DNA of 64,000 nucleotides, from contig CALVOW010000005.1 of assembly GCA_944350445.1 (NCBI GenBank), positions 997-64,996 of the forward strand, in the 5' to 3' direction. Position 1 is the stretch's first letter, and every line of letters starts with the position of its first letter. The position numbers were made by a program, and so were the translations under genes. The notes beneath the pieces are model-generated. The model did not search any database. It was not told the DNA's origin and saw only the letters and a program-made list of their open reading frames with translations. This document shows positions 20,851 to 26,199 of this stretch, in pieces. Origin of the DNA: an uncultured Bacilli bacterium (lineage in GTDB: Bacteria; Bacillota_I; Bacilli_A; RF39; UBA660).

Positions 20851-22014
20851 ATGAAATTTAAGCGTATTTTTTTAATTGTTTTAGATTCCCTGGGAGTAGG
20901 AGAGAGTGTTGATGCAAGTAATTATAATGATAAAGGAGCTAATACTCTTGGTAATATTTTAAAAAATTATGATTTATTTATTCCCAATTTAAAAAAATTA
21001 GGTTTTTTAAATACTTTAACCATGAATAATAAAGAAAGTGAAGCTTATTATACAATTGCAAGACCTAAAAACAAAGGAAAAGATTCCTTATCTGGTCATT
21101 ATGAATTAATGGGAATTGAAAATAGTATTCCCTATAAAACTTTTAATGAAACGGGATTTCCAAGAGAATTATTAGAAACAATTGCTAATCAAACAAAAAG
21201 AGGAATAATTGGCAATATTGTTGGAAATCCTACTAGTATTATTAATAAACTTGCAAAAAGACATATTGAAACTGGAGCTTTAATTATTTATACAACAAGT
21301 GACTCTAATTTAGAAGTTGCTGCTTCTGAGGATATTATTCCGATTAATGAGTTATATCAATATGCAGAAATTATTAGAGAAATTACCAAAAGAGAAGAGT
21401 GGAAAGTAGGAAGAGTAGTGGCACGCCCTTTTAAAGAACAAGACGGTGAATATATTTTAACTAATAATACAAGATATTTTACTTTAATGCCTCCAAATAA
21501 AAGCGTTTTAGATATTTTAAAAAATAATAATTTACAAGTAATTTCGATTGGTAAAGTTCATGATCTTTATAATGGCTATGGCATTACGAAAATTATTAAA
21601 TCTGGAAATAATCAAGAAGGTTTAAATAAATTATTAAGTATTATGGATAAAAATTTTACAGGTCTTTGCTTTTTAAATTTAAGTGATTTTGATACTTTAT
21701 ATGGTCATCAAAGAGATGTAAAAGGATATGCCAAAGAAATTGAGAAATTAGATGTAGAGATTCCGATTATTTTAAATAAATTAAATCTTGACGATTTATT
21801 AATTATAACAGCTGATCATGGTTGTGATCCAACCATGCCAGGCTTTAATCATACAAGAGAAAATGTTCCAGTTATTGTATATTCACGATTATTCAAAGAA
21901 CCTAAACAATTAGATGTATTAGAAAGTTTATCGGATATAGGTGCAACAATTGTTAATAATTATGATCTTGAAAGACCATGGATGGGAACAAGTTTTTTAG
22001 ATAAATTAAAATAA
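20851..22014 (+). CDS. deoB: Phosphopentomutase
   Basis: 387 aa with N-terminal VLDSLGVGE and the metal-binding ITADHGCDPT, typical of DeoB. Confidence 0.9.
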   Translation: MKFKRIFLIVLDSLGVGESVDASNYNDKGANTLGNILKNYDLFIPNLKKLGFLNTLTMNNKESEAYYTIARPKNKGKDSLSGHYELMGIENSIPYKTFNETGFPRELLETIANQTKRGIIGNIVGNPTSIINKLAKRHIETGALIIYTTSDSNLEVAASEDIIPINELYQYAEIIREITKREEWKVGRVVARPFKEQDGEYILTNNTRYFTLMPPNKSVLDILKNNNLQVISIGKVHDLYNGYGITKIIKSGNNQEGLNKLLSIMDKNFTGLCFLNLSDFDTLYGHQRDVKGYAKEIEKLDVEIPIILNKLNLDDLLIITADHGCDPTMPGFNHTRENVPVIVYSRLFKEPKQLDVLESLSDIGATIVNNYDLERPWMGTSFLDKLK

Positions 22015-22083
22015 ATAAACTTTTATAGGCATTTACATATATTAATATGGAGGTGCTTTTTTATTAAATTTAATTATAAAGAT

Positions 22084-22503
22084 ATGTTAAATCAGTATTT
22101 AACAAATATATACATGTTAAGAAATAATATATATAATTTACATTTTAATATTAAAGGCGAGGGTAGTAGTGGTTTTCATGAAAAGTTAAACTATGATATA
22201 GAAGAAGTTAATAAATTTTATGATAGTTTAGCTGAATTAATAAAAAAAATAGGAGGATATCCTATTATGAATTTAGAAGAAATTAAAATGATTTCTACTA
22301 TTAAAGAAATATCTAGTAAAGATTATACTAAAAAGGAGGCTGAAAATCTTTTATTAAATGATTTAACAGTTATAAATAGTATGAATAAGCAAGTAGGGGA
22401 ATATGCCCTTAAAAACTATGATTTGACGAGTATAAATCTTGTACTAGATTTTGATAAATATTTACAAAAAAGGATTTGGTTACTAGAGATGGATAAGAAT
22501 TAA
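22084..22503 (+). CDS. dps: Dps family (ferritin-like) DNA-protection protein
   Basis: 139 aa. LNQYLTNIYMLRNNIYNLHFNIKG and the following helices match the Dps four-helix pattern. Confidence 0.7.
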   Translation: MLNQYLTNIYMLRNNIYNLHFNIKGEGSSGFHEKLNYDIEEVNKFYDSLAELIKKIGGYPIMNLEEIKMISTIKEISSKDYTKKEAENLLLNDLTVINSMNKQVGEYALKNYDLTSINLVLDFDKYLQKRIWLLEMDKN

Positions 22504-22509
22504 TAATTA

Positions 22510-22668
22510 TTATTGAAGTTCATTAGATTCAAAACGATCGTCGCATTTATCACAAATATTTTGGTTTGATTTAGCATCTATTTTATTTTTAGCTGAATTT
22601 GTCATATTGTTTGATTTAGTTTTATTTGTCATTTTGCTATCAAACTTTTTATTTTTTTTGTTTTTCAT
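22510..22668 (-). CDS. Small K/N-rich protein (52 aa), unknown
   Basis: Not in the ORF track (under 60 aa). RBS aagggtga is followed by ATG 22668. Sequence MKNKKNKKFDSKMTNKTKSNNMTNSAKNKIDAKSNQNICDKCDDRFESNELQ. Confidence 0.3.
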   Translation of the reverse strand: MKNKKNKKFDSKMTNKTKSNNMTNSAKNKIDAKSNQNICDKCDDRFESNELQ

Positions 22669-22726
22669 TTTATCACCCTTTTATATTATGTGAAATTATA
22701 AATTTAATATGTAAAAAATGAATACA

Positions 22727-22771
22727 CTTCCCCTATCAAAATTTGGTATTTAAATAGGGGAAGTTTTATTT
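22727..22771. terminator. Stem-loop with flanking T/A runs at the outer edge of the CRISPR island
   Basis: cttcccctat (22727-22736) pairs with ataggggaag (22754-22763). ttttattt follows on the plus strand and a weaker T-rich tail on the minus strand. Confidence 0.4.
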
Positions 22772-22842
22772 AAAATAGTTATAAATTTAAGTGCTCTAAA
22801 ACGAATCGAGAAAGATAAAATTAATTAAAAGCTAATATAAAG

Positions 22843-23096
22843 TAATAAAAGCAACATTAAACTAGATGTTAATTCAAATAATAATAATATTATATATAAT
22901 ATTTTGATATTTATACGCCCAAAATTATTTTCAATTCAACTTCATATAATATATATTATGTTAACTTCTGTAATTGGTATATTTAAACCTTATTACCCTA
23001 CTTTTCCTCCTTTCGTCACAGAACAGTTTAAGGTACCTATCCGGGCGTATATGCTATCAGTACACTACTTTATAGGTAGTGTATAATAAAAGCACT
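22843..23096 (-). ncRNA. Unclassified structured element, copy A (homologous to 24676-24893)
   Basis: Read on the minus strand, directly after the stop of ORF 23097-23327. Hairpin acactac-N7-gtagtgt (23062-23082) is followed by actgat. A long-range pairing joins tatacgccc with gggcgtata (about 22912-22920). It shares 16-mer and 10-mer blocks with copy B, and its core is locally GC-enriched. Confidence 0.4.
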
Positions 23097-23327
23097 CTAT
23101 TTTTGAGCACTATTTTTACAGATGTTAATAATTTCTAACAATTCTTTTTCACAACCTTCTGCTTGTTTATAAACAACCTTAAAATCATTAGGATTTTTTA
23201 GATTTTCTATATTGTTATAATTAGTTTTTAACAAACATATTAACCCATTCATTTTTTTTAAATCATTTTTATATTCTTTTCTAATATAACTATCTACTTC
23301 TTCTAATAAATGATATTGTTTATTCAT
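23097..23327 (-). CDS. Small phage-derived ORF (76 aa), candidate immunity-type protein
   Basis: Its ATG overlaps the TGA of the upstream gene fragment (ATGA). The position is equivalent to ORF 24894-25091 in the large insert. No family recognised. Confidence 0.4.
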   Translation of the reverse strand: MNKQYHLLEEVDSYIRKEYKNDLKKMNGLICLLKTNYNNIENLKNPNDFKVVYKQAEGCEKELLEIINICKNSAQK

Positions 23328-23506
23328 TTGGCTTTTTCACCCTCTTTAACTAAAATTATACCACGATTTAATATAATATACATATCATTCTGCTTAACAA
23401 CATCATAATTTGATAATATTGTTGTTGCACTTTCATTTGAATTCATATAATCAAGAATTGTTGTCACTTTATCGCCGTATTTATTATAATATTCTTCCAG
23501 ATTATT
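23324..23506 (-). pseudogene. 3'-terminal 60 codons of a foreign (phage-like) gene, truncated exactly at the last CRISPR repeat
   Basis: The minus-strand frame is open from the repeat boundary: NNLEEYYNKYGDKVTTILDYMNSNESATTILSNYDVVKQNDMYIILNRGIILVKEGEKAK*. It has no start codon of its own. Confidence 0.5.
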
Positions 23507-23507
23507 G

Positions 23508-24436
23508 GTTTTAATACCATTTAAAATGTCATAGAACTAAAACTTATACTCTACATTATCAGTATAAATCTCTGTTTTAATACCATTTAAAATGTCATAG
23601 AACTAAAACTCAATTGTCGACAGTTTGGAGGTGATAAACGTTTTAATACCATTTAAAATGTCATAGAACTAAAACCGAAATTAATAATATCAAAAAAACC
23701 AGTGGTATATCGGAAACAAGTCCGAATCGACCTACTGGTTTTTCTGAAAATAATATACCACAATCTAGCAATAATGTCAAATCGGATACATCTACTAAGT
23801 ATTCTATGCAAGAAATTCAAGATAATACACTGTTAAATAATTCTAAATCAAACCAACAACCACAAAATTCCACAAAGTCTAAACATACTGATTATATAAA
23901 TAGTGAAGTAAATTATTTAGCTGATCAAATAGATAACATAAATAATAATGATAAAGTGACATTTGAAGATATAGATGAAATTGTTTACAATTCTCCATAT
24001 TATAAGTTTTAATACCATTTAAAATGTCATAGAACTAAAACTATTAATTTCCTCCTTTTAAATCATAAATGGTTTTAATACCATTTAAAATGTCATAGAA
24101 CTAAAACCTGGTAGCCATTTTCAACTTTTACTATTTGTTTTAATACCATTTAAAATGTCATAGAACTAAAACACTATTAAAGATCCATTTTATAATCAAA
24201 CAGTTTTAATACCATTTAAAATGTCATAGAACTAAAACAACTAAAATGTCATTTCCAATGAAGTTATAGTTTTAATACCATTTAAAATGTCATAGAACTA
24301 AAACATAATCTAAAATGGACTATTGACATATAACGTTTTAATACCATTTAAAATGTCATAGAACTAAAACAAATTATTATAATAACCAAGAACACTTTCT
24401 GTTTTAATACCATTTAAAATGTCATAGAACTAAAAC
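23508..24436 (-). CRISPR. CRISPR array, leader-distal segment: 10 identical 36-bp repeats
   Basis: Repeats start at 23508, 23574, 23640, 24006, 24072, 24137, 24203, 24269, 24335 and 24401. The repeat in transcription sense is GTTTTAGTTCTATGACATTTTAAATGGTATTAAAAC. Spacers are 29-30 nt, except for one 330-nt segment. Confidence 0.95.
23676..24005 (+). other. Oversized (330-nt) inter-repeat segment: internal fragment of a foreign coding sequence
   Basis: Bounded by perfect repeats (23640-23675 and 24006-24041). One plus-strand frame is open across the whole segment (EINNIKKTSGISETSPNRPTGFSENNIPQSSNNVKSD..NYLADQIDNINNNDKVTFEDIDEIVYNSPYYK). Confidence 0.8.
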
Positions 24437-24611
24437 TTAAATCCTCTTTACTTGGTAAGTTTCTAGTCTTTCTAGCTACTTCTTTTTTTAAAGCTTCATT
24501 AAATTCTTCTTGAGTAGCGAAAGCTTTTTCCACTTTTTCTTCTGTAGTCTGTGTTTCTACATTTTCAGTTACTTTTTCTTCTGTAACATTTTGAACATTT
24601 TCTTGTTCCAT
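24437..24611 (-). pseudogene. 5' fragment of a phage scaffold-like gene, truncated by a CRISPR repeat
   Basis: RBS gaagggag is followed by ATG 24611. The acidic N-terminus MEQENVQNVTEEKVTENVETQTTEEKVEKAFATQEEFNEALKKEVARKTR resembles Firmicute phage scaffold proteins. The last residues of the tracked ORF are encoded by the repeat. Confidence 0.5.
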
Positions 24612-24675
24612 AAATTCTCCCTTCTTTTAAGTCATTAAGTTGGACTTAACCATTCTTTATTGTCTTTATGTTGGA

Positions 24676-24893
24676 CATAATAAAAGAACGTATTTCTACG
24701 TCCTGAAGTGCGTTTATAAGCACTGTACTGACGATAGAATGCCGTTTATTCCCACTTACCCTACTCTGTGTTATCAGCTGGTTCACATTTTGCCTTATCT
24801 AGTGGGTTTAGTTGAATAGAATACGTCTATTCCTGTGCCTCGCGTCATCAGTACACTACTTATAAATATAAAGTAGCGCATAATAAAAGAGCA
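24676..24893 (-). ncRNA. Unclassified structured element, copy B (between the small ORF and the scaffold gene)
   Basis: Minus strand. The ORF terminator (aagagca..tgctctt + ttattat) comes first, then hairpin gcgctactt-N9-aagtagtgt (24853-24879). A closing helix joins gtactga..cg with cgtcagtac. Internal hairpins are gaataga/tctattc, cccact/agtggg and agtgc/gcact. A GAAA-capped terminator ggacgta-gaaa-tacgttc + ttttattat closes it, then the RBS of the scaffold gene about 60 nt later. Confidence 0.45.
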
Positions 24894-25091
24894 TTATTTT
24901 GCTCTTAATTTCATTTCTTTTATATCTTTAATATAAATATTATAATTACCTACATATATTGAAGAATCATCTTCATCTTCGTCAAAAAAAATACCAGTTA
25001 TTTTTTCTCCACTATTTAAAATCACTTCAACTTCTTTTTGAAAGCAATTTAAATACCTTTGTGCAAATTCTTTATTTGTCATTATCATCAC
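24894..25091 (-). CDS. Small phage ORF (65 aa) downstream of the MuF-type gene; candidate immunity protein
   Basis: Overlaps the MuF-like stop by 20 nt. Acidic 65-aa product MMIMTNKEFAQRYLNCFQKEVEVILNSGEKITGIFFDEDEDDSSIYVGNYNIYIKDIKEMKLRAK. The assignment rests on position only. Confidence 0.4.
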   Translation of the reverse strand: MMIMTNKEFAQRYLNCFQKEVEVILNSGEKITGIFFDEDEDDSSIYVGNYNIYIKDIKEMKLRAK

Positions 25092-25899
25092 CTCTTATGT
25101 TTTTAAACTGTGCATTGTTGCTTGCTGGCACAATATGAACACCATTTTTTTCAGAATAATGAATTACAAATGAATTAGTTTCTTCTTCAACATTATAATT
25201 TTTATTAATATAAACTCCAATCACTTTATTTGTACTACATATTTCTTTATTTTGAATATTGCCTTTTATAGTTAATGGTGTGTATCCCTTTGTTGCATAT
25301 TCATTTACCAGTTTTTGTTCTTCTTTTATATCAATATTGAAATAACTCTTTCCTTGAATATATTTTTCACTATTTATATTGTGTTTCAGTTGCTTATCTT
25401 CATTTATCTTTATCAAATTTGGATTTTCTTTAATTTTATTATTTCGTAAAAGCAATTGTTTATATCCATTTAATGCTACTTCATCTGTAACATTATTATA
25501 CACCTTTTTTGCTTCTTTTAGCAAGTTTTCTTTTTTTTCTTTTTTATTTTTCCAATTTTGATAAGTTTTAGTACTTTTTTCTTTAACTTTAGGACTTAAC
25601 TCAGTGCTGCCAATCCATTCATTAGCAGTAATTCTAGTTCTACCAGTCTTATCTAAGAAACTTAAATATTCTTTTTTAGTGTTACTTAAACTATTTTGTT
25701 TTATTTTTATATAAGTAGGCTCTGCTCCGGTTTGTTTAAGCATTGCTATTTCTCTTTTTTTGTTGCGAATAGCTCTTTCGTATTGACGTTGTCTTTGTTT
25801 TTCTACATAAGCCTCATCATTTTCTTTTTTTGTAAAGTCCATTTCTCTTTTTTTTGATAAACCAGGAACAAACATATATCTTGAATGACCACAATTAAT
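25072..25899 (-). pseudogene. Exon 2 of a phage MuF/SPP1-gp7-type minor capsid gene with a C-terminal toxin-like extension (exon 1 absent)
   Basis: Starts INCGHSRYMFVPGLS (NC(R/G)H motif at the end of the MuF domain). YVEKQRQRQYERAIRNKKRE is typical of Firmicute minor capsid proteins. The tail ..NSFVIHYSEKNGVHIVPA is like MuF-fused nuclease/toxin modules. The tracked Met at 25902 is an artefact of the intron end. Confidence 0.6.
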
Positions 25900-26199
25900 C
25901 ATTTCTTGTTAGCTTATATTTCTATAAGTGTCGGACTATATCTTCCTCTAATAGAGGCATCGCATTTCAAATAACGTATCAATAGTTATCTTACATGGCT
26001 AAACTCATCACCATTAGTCTCTACACCTTTTTATAAATATTTCCACACATAACCATAAGCTGTTTTTCGATAAGTATGTCCTTTCAAAACCTTTACTATA
26101 ATGGAACTTGCGTTTAAAGATTTTGTCATGTTGTTTTTTATTAACCATCTTTCGGCTTCTCTAATTCCATTAAATTCCATTACTAATTTATTGTTTTTA
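25900..26199 (-). mobile_element. 3' portion of a group I intron (subgroup IA-like) carrying a homing endonuclease remnant, truncated by a CRISPR repeat
   Basis: Minus strand. P7 5' strand ggtgtagagac, then two hairpins (atgg..ccat and ataac..gttat, P7.1/P7.2-like). P8 is cctct-atta-gagg, with J8/7-like aagatatagtc and P7 3' strand cgacac. P9 is cttata-gaaa-tataag, with terminal G at 25900. The boundary is independently confirmed by spacer 27028-27057. Confidence 0.75.
26031..26198 (-). pseudogene. C-terminal 55 codons of an intron-encoded homing endonuclease (NUMOD/HTH-type DNA-binding tail)
   Basis: The frame is open from the repeat boundary: KNNKLVMEFNGIREAERWLIKNNMTKSLNASSIIVKVLKGHTYRKTAYGYVWKYL*. 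The pattern ..EA...L......I..VL.G...TA.GY.W.Y is the usual C-terminus of phage GIY-YIG/HNH homing endonucleases. Confidence 0.55.

Larger units (their letters stand above)
24437..26199 (-). mobile_element. 1763-bp phage head-morphogenesis fragment occupying a spacer position in the CRISPR array
   Basis: Flanked by perfect repeats 24401-24436 and 26200-26235. In minus-strand order it contains a homing-endonuclease C-terminus, a group I intron 3' part, MuF-like exon 2, a small ORF, a structured element and a scaffold-like N-terminus. Confidence 0.8.

Noticed and set aside
22904-23086. 60-aa plus-strand ORF
   Set aside because: It lies antisense within structured element copy A and has no translation signals.
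23806-24012. 68-aa ORF inside the 330-nt inter-repeat segment, treated as an intact gene
   Set aside because: The frame is open upstream to the repeat boundary, and its stop codon lies in the next repeat. It is a gene fragment, not a complete gene.
24239-24268. Spacer containing taaaatgtcat, an 11-nt match to the repeat (possible phage-borne repeat-like target)
   Set aside because: A single 11-mer match is not significant given the number of comparisons.
24414-24436. C-terminal residues (..SFSSMTF) of tracked ORF 24414-24611
   Set aside because: These residues are encoded by the CRISPR repeat, so the real gene is truncated at 24437.
24676-24890. 12-bp direct repeats (cataataaaaga at 24676-24687 and 24879-24890, and a similar pair taataaaagc at 22843-22852 and 23084-23093) looked like target-site duplications of a small mobile element or intron
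   Set aside because: Each copy is the U-tract of a stem-loop terminator: one after the small ORF and one at the end of the structured element. The repeats are better explained as two terminators than as a duplication. I also could not build a group I core (P3-P7) for these elements.
25881-25899. Possible self-targeting of the chromosome by spacer 27028-27057
   Set aside because: Only the 19 PAM-distal nucleotides match. The 11 PAM-proximal (seed) nucleotides and the PAM position are replaced by intron sequence, so Cas9 cleavage of this site is not expected.
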